Shown piece by piece: positions 9,533 through 22,466 of a stretch of DNA of 64,000 nucleotides. The notes below the pieces were generated by a model, which was given only the letters and a program-made list of their open reading frames with translations, did not search any database and was not told where the DNA came from. Both the position numbers and the translations under genes were made by a program. How positions within the stretch are numbered: the first letter of the stretch is position 1; every line of letters begins with the position of its first letter. This DNA comes from Amphiscolops sp. MND2022 (lineage: Eukaryota), in the NCBI GenBank assembly GCA_964187785.1, contig OZ076418.1, forward strand, positions 5,084,001 through 5,148,000, written 5' to 3'.

Positions 9533-10221
9533 TTCCAAGGTCATATATTTGTGATAAAAGTTGCAAAAAATTAGCATTTTGGAAATTATACACGTTGCGA
9601 AGTCTAATGCGCGTTGCAAAATCTTACTGGCGCCTTACGTATCTGTTATAGAATTACACATTTACAGAAAATGTTCTCGGCATAAGCGTTATCGTGGAAA
9701 ATTTTATTTCACCACAATGCGTTGTTTTTTGAACCTCTCTTGAAAATTTATTCAAGGCGTCACACAAAAAGGCAATTACATGTAGAAGCTTGTAAAGCTC
9801 TCGTATTTTTCAGGTTCCAAGAATCTTGAGCTACTGAGTGCTATCTTTCTCCTCTGAGGACTTGGTTAAGAAGTCTGGTTATAAGTAATAAACAGTTGAA
9901 AGCAGCCTCAGTTCATTTCCTTTGAATTTCCTTCATCTTTATCGTCTTGTTCCGTTTTCCTTATTTAGACGTTCTTTCATCGGCCAACTGAAAGTTTTAT
10001 GTGGGAGTTCTACGAACGAGACGAATGAGAGCTAAGTGGTTGGCAGTCATCGCTTTAAATGAAAAAAAATTCACGGTTCTTAGTTTTGTTATAACCATTC
10101 AGACTTGGCTAAAAATTCAAAATAGTCGACTTTGTTTTCAACCAGAGGTTTTGGCCAATAGTGACCTTTACATCGTCTAAAACAATCGACACCGCTTTGT
10201 GTACAAATCACGTACGTTTAA

Positions 10222-10797
10222 CCCCAATTGACCTGGGCGTTTTTTGAAATTTTCAAAAAAATTGACAAAAAATTTTCAATCGTCAATATCTCCACAACTA
10301 CGCGTACCAAAGGAACGAACTATAGCGCGTTTGAAAGATCTGATATTGGGCTTTCATTTTGGTCATGTGAGCCCCTGTCGCCGCGCGCCCCGTCCTTCAG
10401 AATTTTAGTCTCTTTTTCCGGTACCGCCGCTTCGCGGCAGTTCCGCACTTCGGGGGCTTGTAGTAACAGCAGAATATTATAGGGGTTTGTTGCACCAGGA
10501 CTTGTTGTGGAAGGGTATGTGGTTGGTTTTTTCTATTGATCAAAGACTTTTGAGAAAACAGGATTTCGTCAAAATCTGAATTTTGAGAAAATATAACTTT
10601 TTTTTGTGCAAAAAACCCATTTTTCTCAGGTTTGGAGATATTTTCCCTTTTTCTAATGCTTGTGCCATTCAAATCAATCTAGGTAGAAATTACTTGTTGA
10701 AAAAAAACCGTGCTAGAGAAAATGGGCTACTGGCAAAAGGAATCAGAATTTGGAAGAAAAGGTATGCTGCTTTAAAGCATCACTAGGTTCATTGGGG
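10222..10797. mobile_element. piggyBac-type MITE (family C), copy 1
   Basis: TTAA-CCCCAATTGACCTG...CTAGGTTCATTGGGG-TTAA; near-identical to 24390-24971. Confidence 0.9.
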
Positions 10798-10829
10798 TTA
10801 AGAATCCACCTTTGAAAAATTTTGGGTGT

Positions 10830-11194
10830 AGTATAGACAGGAAAATTTCCGTCCGGCCGGACAACCGGACAGGGTTGATTGAAGCCAGATACCAGCCGGA
10901 CCAAATATTATCCTCAAATGTAAGCCATGACAGACTGTTTTAAGAATTGGGCAACGAGTGTAATGAAAAACAAACATTTGTTCCAAAATAGAACATCATT
11001 CTCTGTTTTCGTGAACATCAAAATTCCGGAAATTTTTAAAAACTTTCGCTGTTTCAAACAACTTTCATTGGAGATATGCGATCATTTTTCCGGATATTTG
11101 TTCGACCGGATTCAATCAAATGTCCGGCCCGATCCAGGACCGGACACTTTACTGCAATCAGACCGGACCGGACTTGATGTCCGGTACACCCCTA
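10830..11194 (-). mobile_element. Degenerate hAT MITE with CCGG-rich subterminal repeats
   Basis: Reverse-complement similarity to 48951-49645; ends TACACCCCTA at 11194; left end approximate. Confidence 0.6.
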
Positions 11195-12571
11195 GGAAAG
11201 TGATACTAAACCAGACCGTCATGGCTAACTTTGAGTCTCAATTCGGTGAAATTTTGAAAAATGATGCCAAAATATAGCAATGATTATTGAATTTGTGACG
11301 TCATCAAACAAGAGTAAAAGGAAAATATGATTTCAACAGTTTCGGCTCCTAGTTTTTGTGGGTTTCGATAGGGACCAACATTTACATAAGTCAAGTCCAG
11401 AATTGTGTAATGCATGAAACTTTTGCGCACGACAGAGTTTTTTAGAGTTGCCTCTCAGAGTCGAATTATTTAGAATCGAAAATTGCAACTGAAATTTCCA
11501 GGGTCCAAGTATAAAAGATCGAATTTTACAGGGCATTATAGCAATGGTATAATATGAATGAAATTTTCACTTCTATCGATCCTAGATAAAATCAAGTCAC
11601 AATTCGATCCTGTAAAATTTGGCACATTTTTCGATCATACATAATTCGACTCTGTACAGCAATCCCGTTTGTGTAACCAAGTAGTCAATTTGGATGATAA
11701 ATCATTGCGTACCAATCTATGTATTATCTTGGTTTCTCTTTATTATTCGGGGGCTTATCTACTTTCCTCGACAGTTGTGAAATTTGCAACTAATATGCAT
11801 TGCCAGCATTTCCATGAAAAGGCACACGTCATTTTAGCCAAGAGTGCTATTATGATTTAAACGTTCAACTGTATAAAATGTTTGTCAAGATTCAGAAGGA
11901 CCGACCGTTCACATGTAATCCCCTTGTTTTGTCTTGAAATTCAAGCCAAACCATTTGGGCTTGAAGTCTTGGAAACATTGCAGTGTTAAATTACGTAATA
12001 ATATCCTACAGTAACATTCACTTCGATTGAACGCATGTTCTTGTGAGCTGATAAAATCCTGTTATAATTTATTCAAACCAAGTGAAGTTAACCTTAGCAT
12101 AAATTATGTACTCTTGTCTAGTTATAACCTTTTGGCAAACAGACCATGGTACCAAATCTAAGATAGTTGTACTAACTATCGCTACTGCTACTACTGAATA
12201 CTGAGCCCGAAACTTGTTATTTATAACTAGTAGATATTACTAATGGTTAACTCATAACCGGTTACTCAGACTGTAGAGCAATCACTGTGTGAACCAATCA
12301 TATGATCTTGGCGTCGTCATTCCGATTCATCCCGAAATCTCAGATGTTGCCCAAACTTAGTTTACTCAGTAAAATCGAACTCGTTCTGATTTCTCGGTTT
12401 CCATTCAATCCCACCTCATAATGTACAATGCGTTTGGCGCCCTTTGATGCAGGTTACTTCTCAATTTTGTTCGTTTCTCTTTGAATTTATTTGAGGTTAA
12501 TCTTTTGATGTTTAAAGTTTATTTAATGTACAAGCTTAGTTTCGAAACCAATCGCCCTACTCGGGGTTTAA

Positions 12572-13161
12572 CCTTAACTTGGCCAATGTGCCAAATTTGG
12601 CACATTTTGTTTCTGCAAATTCTTAACGCACCAGCTGATTGTATGGTAAAGCATACCCTTTAATAAGTGTTTCAGACAATATTGCATAGCATTCGGCGCC
12701 TTTTCACGGAAAATTGACGTGATGTCTCAAAAACCCAGAAAATGACGCAAAAAAATCAAAAGAAAAATAAGTGCAGATTTTCCGTTTTCCCAGTTTTCGT
12801 TTGTGCCCCTTTTATCCCACTGGTATCAACATTGGGTCAAAGCGTCCCCAGCATGTTTTGAAACATGTTGAAAAGCAAGCGGAGACACGACGCGTGCAAA
12901 GTTTTGGCGCAAAGTACGGAGCCAGTGCGGCGAAGCCGCACGCCAGCGGAGAACTTCGCGCAAAAAACTTTGCGCGCAAGGGGCCCGCGCTAGCGGGCCC
13001 CAAGCCCGGCAGTTTAAAAATTGATTTGAAAGCCCCAATGCTCCTCTTTCGAACGCTGTATAAATCGTTTGTCGGACTTGTATAGTTCAGGAGATATTGC
13101 GGTTTAAAGTTGAAGCACCTGATTTTTGGACGCAACAAGATTTTTCCTGGCCAACTTAAGG
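12572..13161 (+). mobile_element. piggyBac-type MITE sharing its left end with the Tudor-piggyBac at 61707
   Basis: TTAA-CCTTAACTTGGCCA...TGGCCAACTTAAGG-TTAA; first 33 nt identical to 61707-61739. Confidence 0.85.
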
Positions 13162-14777
13162 TTAAACATTGGTGGCTTTCGAGTTCTGTCGCCATTTTAT
13201 GACTCATTTTATTATTGCAGTGAGACTAACATAAAACCCTGATGTCATTTTGTTTGTTTAAATTATTTATTAATCAAGTACTGAATCCTATACTTTGGAT
13301 TTAGGATAAGCTCTCATTTTAAAGAAATGAAAATGTTGCTGGTCTTGCTCCATATTATGCTGAAACATCCAAGTGAATTGGTGGTTTTTTGGTTGAAACT
13401 ACGCGTTTGTAGCTTCCTGCTTTGAACCAAGGTATACTTCGGCTAGTTTTGTTGGCATCAATTTTCCCCAAGGTTCTCATGAAAAGACCAGTTTTAGAAT
13501 TAGGGAAATACCTTTGGTTGCTTTGGGTTGCTCATCTTGAATGATCGTTAGAAGCCATGGTTGAATTTCGCACTCTGAAATCCGTTGCTTTTTGTCCACT
13601 GTCGTGCAACCGTCGACTTTTATCTTTTCAACACTCCTCTGAAACGAAAAGAAATTTGTTGACAAAAATTCCTTGATTTCTCGAAAATGTTAGATCAGTA
13701 TTATTTAGGACAAATGAGTTTTTTTCTCCTGACTTTCAAGTTTTCTCAATGTTGAGCACGTATGAAGCGTTCTGGATATTTCGGTGTGTTGCTAAAGAGC
13801 ATAATTTTTTCATGGAATCTAGGCTCCAATAGGCCTACATGTATCCCGTATTTTTCCTAAAAACTGGTCATTTTCCATCATAAAAGTCAGTAATTTTCCT
13901 TAAAACAAATGATCGAAGAACCCCACCGTGAAATTTTTCTACGCGTTTTTTCATTAGACCCAAAAAATCATGTTTTTTCTTCCATCTTTTGTATATTTTT
14001 TTTCTGGAATATTCCCAGCCGTTCACGGTAAATGGTTATCCACAAAAGTGTCTTGCATGTTCATGGTCGACCTTGGGAATCTAAGCGAGCAAGGTACGCA
14101 TTGGTAACTGCATGACGAAAGGCTGCATAACATCCTAATGCATTTTGGTGCTTTTCTGCAACGCGTTATCATCGCTTGGCGTTCAATTTGTATTCTGTTT
14201 CTGTTCTAGCTGCTTTTTCGCTGCCTTGCTTTTCACCATGCATTGTGTGTGCATGGGCACTTATTAGAAATCATTCTACCGACAAATTTTGCTATTTTAT
14301 GTGCTGCTATTCACAGTCGTATGGAGTTATGGCAGTCATTGTAAGCGTTCTGCAAGAGTTCAAAAAATATTGTGCTTGCTTATTTTTGAGCTTTGATTGA
14401 GCTCTCACGTCTATTCCCCAAAGAGCGTTCAGTTCATTTATTTTATCTTTTAAAGCCCCTTTTGAACTTTTCGGATCATTTCTTCGTACAGAAACTTTAG
14501 CATAAATTTATTTTGAGATACAAAAAGCTAATTTCGTGAAAGCCGAACCTTTGGCAGAGTTTTCATGTAGTCTAGTTTTCATATTTCCAAGTTGAGCTTC
14601 GGTCTTCAGGATTATTTGAATATTTCAAACTCTTAAAGTTTTTTAAAACTCTTAGTTAGCTTATTTACAGCACAAAGCCTTCCCGTTCAAAATTAGGATG
14701 CTTTCAGATAAAAAACATACAATGTTTCCCTCTTTACCCTGAACGCTGATTATTTTGAGAGAATGGCCAGAATCAAC

Positions 14778-15331
14778 GGGGGCACGACAATTCGTACACA
14801 CGACATTTCGTGCACACGACATCTCGTACAAAAACCAAAACCAGACATTTCGTACAAAAGCGAAACCAGACATTTCGTACAAAAGCGAAACCAGACATTT
14901 CGTACCAAAATGAAACCAGACATTTCGTGCAATTTATATTATACAACTTACATGTATTATTATAACGTAGTCAGCTATGTTCACATACACATAGTGCCCT
15001 AAATGCAGGAGCGAAGCGAAGCGGAGCGACGTGCCATTTGGCCATGCCTCAATGTTGCTTCTTGGCGAAGGGAGCGAAGCGACCGAGCCATACAACATAT
15101 ATGCTAACCTCTTTAATCGAATCAAGTTCCATACATATTGGCTGTAACAGCACTGAAAGCTAGTAATTCTGTTGTTTGAGACCTATTTTGCAAATGTGTT
15201 CAATTTAATTTTGTACGAAATGTCTTTTGTACGAAATGTCCGGTTTCATTTTTGTACCAACTGTCCGTGTACGAAATGTCGGGTTCTTGGCTATTGTACG
15301 AAATGTCGTTTGTACGAATTGTCGTGGTGCC
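14778..15331. mobile_element. Mutator/Foldback-like MITE with GACATTTCGTACA subterminal arrays; family B inside
   Basis: 9-bp TSD AGAATCAAC at 14769-14777 and 15332-15340; inverted arms CACGACAATTCGTACA. Confidence 0.8.
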
Positions 15332-15603
15332 AGAATCAACAATCTATAATCCGTTCTTCTTTCAAGCAAACACAATGAACTCCCATCGTTTGCTCATGAT
15401 ACTACAGTTTACAACTTGAAGGGATAAGTTCAAAAGAAACATCGTTTAAAGAATTGAAAGTTGACTGTTTGAATACGACTTGACTCTGAACATTGATAAG
15501 TGTAAAGCCATCAATTCGACGGATCGTTTGCAATATGAGAAAAACCTTTGGATGAAAAATTTGAGTTAAAGCTCTGGAAAGCACACATCAATTATGTAAC
15601 TAG

Positions 15604-15950
15604 AACAAGACGGCAACGTCCCAAGTCGGCGCCATATTTAAGGCTCAAAAATATTCAGGGAACAACTATTGGAGACATTCGGAAAAAAATATTTTTTTAA
15701 AAAAGTATTTTGGTTAAAAAAGTCGCGCAATGCCGAAAAACCCAAAAAGAGGTCATTTAGGCCCGTTGAACGTTTTTTACAAACCTAAAACTTCAAAAAA
15801 TGCAAGGGGGACCCTTTGATAGAATTCGAAAATTTTCGAAAGTCGCATAGTGCCGAAAAACCCCAAAGGGGACCCTTTGGTCTCACTTGTACTTTTGGAA
15901 GCATTAAAAAATATATGGTTAAAAAAAGTGGACCACTCAGAGTGAGATTA
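15604..15950 (-). mobile_element. HINE-like family A copy, truncated
   Basis: AACAAGACGGCAACGTCCCAAGTCGGCGCCATATTTAAGGCTCAAAA terminus and family-A internal motifs. Confidence 0.65.
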
Positions 15951-17464
15951 TCAATGCCAGATTCTATTCAAAGAAAATTTTCCAAGAATTTGTGGAAACT
16001 TGAATTTATTTTACAATGCACGAAGTGTTTGTTTCGGAAATATTCTGTAGTTTTTTTCAGACAATTGTGAGAAAAATCTTTTCGATCACGCGAGGGATCA
16101 CTTCATCCTTTATGAAAGTAACATGTATTATGTAGGATGGCGAGAAGAATACTGCTGCTAACTATGGGCTGGACTTAATGAACAAGGCGGCGCAAAACAT
16201 GTAAAATCGGCGCCCTGCTTTAACCTCAAAAGACTCGAAGTCTCAATAAAATGCTTAGGGTTACTTTTGAGGTAATTCTTTCAGAGATATAACTCTTATC
16301 AGAGTGGAAAAAATTTCCGAAGGGGCGACCTGTGGTCCCGAAAAACGCTTTTTCTTTTATGGAAAGATCTTGAGTGGAAAAATTCTCAAAATGATATATA
16401 TTTTTCGGATATTATATCCGAAAAACCCAGAGATGGGACCCTTGAGGCTTCGAAAAACGGAATTTTTGGATGTTAAAATACGAGAAAGAGTTTTGGTCAA
16501 AAAATCTTTTTTCTTCGAAAAGTCGCACAGTGCCGAAAAAAACCCGAAGGGCGACCTTTGACACGTTAAGGGTTGCCGCACGAAAATTTTTTGTCCTAAT
16601 ATCGAACTGACAGCCGTTTTTACTGGCGGCGTGAGCAAATACTGTTGAGTGGACCATTCGCATACATTCTGTGGTCTCTCGAAAAGTTCAGTCACTGTAT
16701 TAGTCAGACACATTTTCATATGAAACGCGCCGGCTAAAGTTCCTGAAAAACTGCAGTATCTAGTTTGCTAATTGGTCGAGATTATCTTGAGCTCATACTC
16801 GAGAAAATCAGCTAACTAGCGGCCGATCAAATGAAAAAAATATATTTTTCGCAATAGCAAAAGACTTTCACAACAATAAAAAATACATTTCTTGTCTAGT
16901 TGAGCTTCATCGTCAACTTTGACAAGCAATTTTGTCAGAAAAGGAGAAGGAAAATGCTTGTTTTCAAAGAGTTGGTTCCCAAGGGCGAACGTTTTGAAGA
17001 GTTGATCAGTTCATACTTTGTTCTTTATCGTTTCGTACATATTGACCTTCTATTCAAATAGAATGAATAAAAATTCTTCAGTTGTTTTCGATTAACCCAC
17101 GTTTTTTTCAGAAGATACATTAATGAAATCCAATGATTGGCTCTGTATAGTAAAATACGCCTCTGTTTTCAAAAAATAGCTTGGCACAAAGCTATAAAAA
17201 TGATGGAATCACGGTGTATAAACAGGTGTATTAGGTTCGATGTTTTTCCAAATCGCATATTCATATTCAATTCTACATGTTTTATTTACACGAAATTTGT
17301 CTCTGTCAATTATTAATTTTTGCTACATGCAAAGTAAAAGATTTCCCAAAATTACGTTTGTTTGGTGTCATAAAATGACTGAATTTTCAAGGCTACATAT
17401 TTTATCTCCAATATTCAGTCTTTTGTTGCTTCAAAGCTATATTTGAGTGTGCTATCGTATGGCA

Positions 17465-18025
17465 CAGAGATTTGACGCTAATCGCTAATAGCGCCGCTTT
17501 AGCGTTAGCGAGGGATTACATTAGCGGAAATTAGTTAGCGCAAAACATATTATTTAGCGACCGCTTACCGATGGCCTTTTCCTATTGACCACTTTTCTAA
17601 AACAACGCTTCATTTTGCATCATTACTTATATATTATAAATTGGCTCTACATATACTGATTTCTCCCAAGAACTGTTATATATCTCCAAAACGATCTCGA
17701 CTTTCTAGTGAAATGTTATCAAAATTGCTCATTACAGTAAACCCTCGATTATCCGCCACCATCGGTCCAGCGGGAATTATGGCGGATAAGTGAGAGTGGC
17801 GGTTAATCAAGGGAGCTTAGACACGGGTGTTATAGCAAAATGTCCCCGTAGATTTGTGGCGGATAATCGAGGGTTTACTGTATTAAATATAATATGAATT
17901 AAACTTTTCACTATGGATTTAATTAGCGTTAGCGATTAGCCACTGTCAATTAGCGAAGTTAGCGATTAGCGATATGTAATTAGCGTTAGTTAGCGATTAG
18001 AGAAAAAAATAGCGAGTCATCTCTG
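17465..18025. mobile_element. hAT-type MITE with TTAGCG subterminal repeats
   Basis: TIR CAGAGAT...ATCTCTG; 8-bp TSD GTATGGCA on both sides. Confidence 0.85.
17735..17880. mobile_element. Tc1/pogo-type MITE (146 bp) nested in the hAT MITE
   Basis: Perfect 25-bp TIR CAGTAAACCCTCGATTATCCGCCAC; TA on both flanks. Confidence 0.9.
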
Positions 18026-18954
18026 GTATGGCATCACCAAACAGACAAATTCACAAAAAAAGGCGCTCATTACTTGACAACGAAGTTTTTCCAGAATTCT
18101 GTCATTTGACATGCAACTATTTTGATTCCAGATAGGGTTCTCGTTATTCTTTAAAGGCTTAAAATAGCTGAATTTTCCGAGTAATCAGATGAGCACAAAT
18201 TTCAGTAGTCGCTTTCGGTGTCCGTCGCTTATTCGGTTATACGTGGCTTTCGTTTATTTCGCGCTTCCACTTACAAGCGACCTAATTCACTGAACATATA
18301 GAGCAATCCAGTTGAGCCAAAACCAATCAATGTCCATACCGACATCGCTAATTTTTTCGTAACAAGCTAAATCGCTAATTTAAAAATGTAAAGTTTTTCT
18401 CGAAGCTTAAATGTTTGCAGACATTTAATGACCTCAAGTATCTTTCAAAATTGAATGATTACCTATTACAGTTTTGCAGGTAAAATAGACTGGAATTTTT
18501 TATACTGTGTGGGTTTTCTAGGGATAAAAGATTTTCGAAATTCGGAGTATTCTCAGAGGAAATTTTGAATTTAGACCTTCCATTAGTTACCGCTGGTTCG
18601 AATCGCTGATGAACTCACTAAAAATTTTTCGAGCGGCCGATTATTCGCTCAATCGCTAATAAGCGGCGTCAAAACTCTAACTTACTAATAAAAACACTCG
18701 AAATTACCTTCAAAAACTCTTACCATATCTTGAAAGTTCTTTTTATTCTGAATGTAGCATGAAAATTGCGTGCCGCCTCTTATCTTGATTACCAAAGTAT
18801 CCTCTTTGTATTTTTTCAGCTGCAAGTTCCATTTAACTGTTTGGTTTTTCAGTTCATTTTCCCCAGTGAAAGACCATCCAATTAGTGAGAAAACACTTCG
18901 CGAGCATCAGCTTTGTCACAATCTGGAAGGTCAAATTTTACAGGTATTGTTTTT

Positions 18955-19350
18955 AGTCGGCGCATTTTAACAAAATGAGCCCGACTATTACAGTGGCAAG
19001 TTTTTTATTTTTTTTCGTCAGATAACAGAATGTATACGTAGTGGACACTTTTTCTACAGAACTACTAAACTACTGGACCGGCAAGCGGAAACGCATCTAA
19101 GTTAGTGCAAAGGGTCCTCCCTTTCGTGTACTCGATTTTTAACGTAAGATACAAAACTGGACGGGCTACAGGGTCCCCCCTTTTGAATTTTTTTCGACAC
19201 TGTGCGACTTTCAATTTTTTGTCGCCAAAGTGTCCCCCTTCAAGTTTTTTGATATTTTGCAGCAAACTGGATTTTCAAAAAGTCTAAAGGCTCTAAAGTT
19301 TCAAAAACCCTTTTACAATTTCAAAAACTTTGCGCTTTTTGAGCCTTAGT
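18955..19350 (+). mobile_element. HINE-like family A copy, 3' truncated
   Basis: TTTTAGTCGGCGCATTTT...AAAATGAGCCCGACT 5' hairpin; family-A internal motifs. Confidence 0.7.
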
Positions 19351-20181
19351 TGGGTGACCGGTTCCGTGTAAAATGACCGGTTCCGTGTTAATTCTGAAAA
19401 AATGTTTTCATTACTTATCAAGATGAAGCGTATCGAGAAATTTCTGTCAAAAATTATTAGATCCTTCTAGGGCCAAAATTGTCTTTCGAAGATTTTTTTG
19501 TGAACAGTCAATGTAGTCAACATTAAGCGTTTGAGTATTTCGGCGGAATTATAATTTTTTTGTCGGCAGTACATTTTTTCGTTGAATTGTAAGTAAGCCA
19601 TCCATCAAGATCTGAAAGATAGACGATGAACTCTGAAAGTTATTGCTTTTCAGAAAAGTTATTAATGAAGTAATTAATGCTTTTAATCTTTCTCTTTATA
19701 ATTGGTATTTTGTACACATCATCTCTATTTGTCTTTTTCAAATGTTTTTCAACTTAATACTTTGCTTCTGCTCACTTTCAATAATGAGATCGTTGTTATA
19801 AATAAAATCAATATCAAAGTGGAATCGGCAAAAAGTTTCATCTGGTACTGTCGTAAATCAAGTTACTAAAGATTGGTTCTTGAGATAGTTTAGTCGTTTA
19901 AAAACACTCTAGATTCACGATTTCATCTCTTACGTTGTTTTCTTCATGACTATTTTGTTTTGAAGATGATTCGAATGTTTCGTGATTTTTCAAAGCACAA
20001 CTTAGAAAAAGAACGTTTAACTGCATATATACTATAACATGTCATTCATTACTCAACTGAACCATTGAATGTTTTCTGTTTTTTTTTCTCAAACGAATCA
20101 AGTTTTTGCAGTGTTATGTATCTAAATATTTTTGTATTTGTTTACGTTGCAGGTTAGTTTCTTAACGTTGAACATTCTTAA

Positions 20182-20616
20182 CCCTAAATGGACCATGGTA
20201 CGATTTTGTTCCAGCTATTTTGTGAAAACTTCTGAAGGCACTAGCTGAACGTATGGAAAAGAAATCTCTTGGATAAGCTTTTTGGACATTACAGAGCATT
20301 GCGTGCATTTTCACGAAATATTGACTTGATATCTCAAAGAAAAAAACCGGGACCAAAAAATCGAAATGAAACTGAGTTCAGATTTTCGGTTTTTCCGGTT
20401 TCCGTTTTCGGCCACGTTATCCCACTGGTATCAAGATTGCCATCAGAGACACGAAGCGTGTAAAGTTTTGGCGCAAAGTCGCGAAAGCCCTGATTGTCTT
20501 CTTTCGAACACGCTATAAATCGCTTGTCGGACTTGAATAGTTCAGAAGATATTGCGGTTTAAAGTTCAAGTACCAGATTTTTCGTTAAATTCGGAAATTG
20601 CTTGGTCCAATTAGGG
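20182..20616. mobile_element. piggyBac-type MITE
   Basis: TTAA-CCCTAAATGGACCA...TGGTCCAATTAGGG-TTAA; interior shares blocks with 12572-13161 (CCCACTGGTATCAA, GATATTGCGGTTTAAAGTT). Confidence 0.8.
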
Positions 20617-21156
20617 TTAAATTATGAGCAATAAAATTTCCAAAGATGGACATTTTGCATCGTGTTTCTTTCTAAGAATTCGAGTACAATGAGAGACATG
20701 TTTTGACTGGTCTTCGTTGAAATCACACCTCGATTGGTGTGAATTAATTTCCACCAAAAGTGCCAAACTAGTTTTGCATGAATTCACTTCAACGCAGATG
20801 TTAGCGTACCTCTTCATTGTTTGCTAGTTGGAACAATTCTTGCGAGTGTGAAAACTTGTATTTAGAAATAGGACTCTTTAGAGATGACTTAATACATCCA
20901 CTAGTGGATTATTCTGTTGAATTCCAGCAAAAAAGTTTTCAAAAATGTTTTTATTCTGCTACTGAGAGCGCGAAGTCAAATGAGAATTTAGAGCTAGATA
21001 GCAGCTTCCTTGGTAGTTTCAAAAGCCACCAAAGGCCAGCTAGCTCTAAATTTTTATGTGGTATTGCACAGAGCGTTCGGTATGAAAGATATCTTTGTTC
21101 CAAATTGCTCCATTTTTTCCAATCCTTCATTTTATTACCGCTTATATTGTTTTTTT

Positions 21157-21458
21157 AGGAGTCGGAAAAAATTACCGACTACTTATGCAATCTCGTACCT
21201 TTTTTCTTCTAACTTTTCGATGAAAATTTCAAATTTCTCGAAAAATGTCCATACTATTTTTTATAAAATTTGGCACAGTCATTCTAAAACCAAAGGTGCT
21301 CCTTCGTGCACAATGACATCACAATCGTATGACTGCGAGTTGAGAAACATAGTCAAAGTTAGTCCAAAAATGACCAAATGACAAAGTAAGTAATTAATTT
21401 TTCAATATTTTAATCCGTTTCCGACTCTTTGCGGCTACCGCACATGCGGCTCTGGTTT
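21157..21458 (+). mobile_element. HINE-like family J
   Basis: T-run, AGGAGTCGGAAA with inverted arm CCGACT; 3' TTTCCGACTC, hairpin CCGCA-CA-TGCGG and CTCTGGTTT; copies at 49804-50453 and 59633-59918. Confidence 0.75.
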
Positions 21459-21551
21459 TCATTGATTGCTTTTTTGGTTCGTTATAAAAAGTATCTTTGT
21501 TCCAAATTACTCCATTTTTTCGATCCTTCATTACCGCTTATGCTGTTTTTT

Positions 21552-21750
21552 AGTCGGCGCTTTTGTAGAGAAATGACCAAAATAATTCTACCAAAAGTGA
21601 CCAAAATAGTCCTACCAAAAGCGTGACTAAAGGGCCCTTTCCTTTTTTTGCATTGTGCGACTTTTTTCTCTTTTTTTGGGTGCTGTAGAAGAGAATACTT
21701 CGACGCTTTGAAGTCCTTTTGCTATTTTTGGGCCGGTCCCGGCTTGTTTT
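21552..21750 (+). mobile_element. Short HINE-like family A copy
   Basis: TTTTAGTCGGCGC start; GCCGG-TC-CCGGC-TTGTTT end. Confidence 0.7.
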
Positions 21751-21867
21751 TAAATTAATTGTGTAATGAAATAACCTATCAGTTGGTTCTTTTTCAGAGT
21801 GTATGTAACAATGTTTACTATCCACTAACCCCGATTGTGCATCAGAAGTACCGACAGGGCTTGTGTG

Positions 21868-21938
21868 TGACCGGTCAAACCGACCACACTGACCTCTGAC
21901 CTTTGACCCGGGTTCACCTATTATTACGTCACCACGTG
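21868..21938 (+). promoter_or_regulatory. Candidate promoter-proximal motif cluster of the L1-like gene
   Basis: TGACCT-C-TGACCT-T-TGACCC (21890-21909), TGACCGGTCA palindrome, TTACGTCA and CACGTG within 70 bp, about 450 bp upstream of the signal-peptide Met. Confidence 0.35.
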
Positions 21939-22381
21939 ACTTCAAATTCTATCACTCTTTGCAATCATTATCTATCCAATTATTATGCAGGGTTAATACA
22001 TGCAAATAGCCAACAGCGACACAACATAAACTCTTCAATTCCATCTTTTTGTATTTCGACATATTTGACGACGCACGATTTTCCATATTTATATTTTGCT
22101 ACATTACAACAACACGGTTTGTTATAATATTTATAAACGAAATACCATCACCGATTATTGATTATTTGTTGGCCCAATATACCAATATGATTACTAGCTT
22201 TACCCAACTCGAAGACAAAGAACAGAACCCGGACGACGGTTCACTTAGAAACAGATCGAGTAAAAATAGTCAAACGAAGTGCAACTCTGACGCAATTATG
22301 ATGACGTCAGCAAAAAAGAGGAGTGACTGTGACGTAACAATGACGTCATCGCCGGAAAGCAGCAGTAATTACAGCAGATGG

Positions 22382-22466
22382 ATGCGAAGAGTGGCAATAG
22401 CGGTTTTGTTCCTGGCTCTGTTCTTTTCCCTCCCCTCTCCCGTGGATTCACAGTGTTCCGAAGATG
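22382..22466 (+). CDS. L1-like exon 1 (signal peptide)
   Basis: MRRVAIAVLFLALFFSLPSPVDSQCSED; donor G|GTTAGT, phase 1. Confidence 0.75.

Noticed and set aside
10228-10672. Duplicated protein genes (84/91-aa and 121/90-aa ORFs, repeated at 24290-24842)
   Set aside because: They lie inside non-autonomous piggyBac MITEs, on both strands, with no domain signal.
14810-14930. CRISPR-like or satellite array of GACATTTCGTACA
   Set aside because: These are subterminal repeats of a MITE, mirrored at 15200-15331 with a 9-bp TSD.
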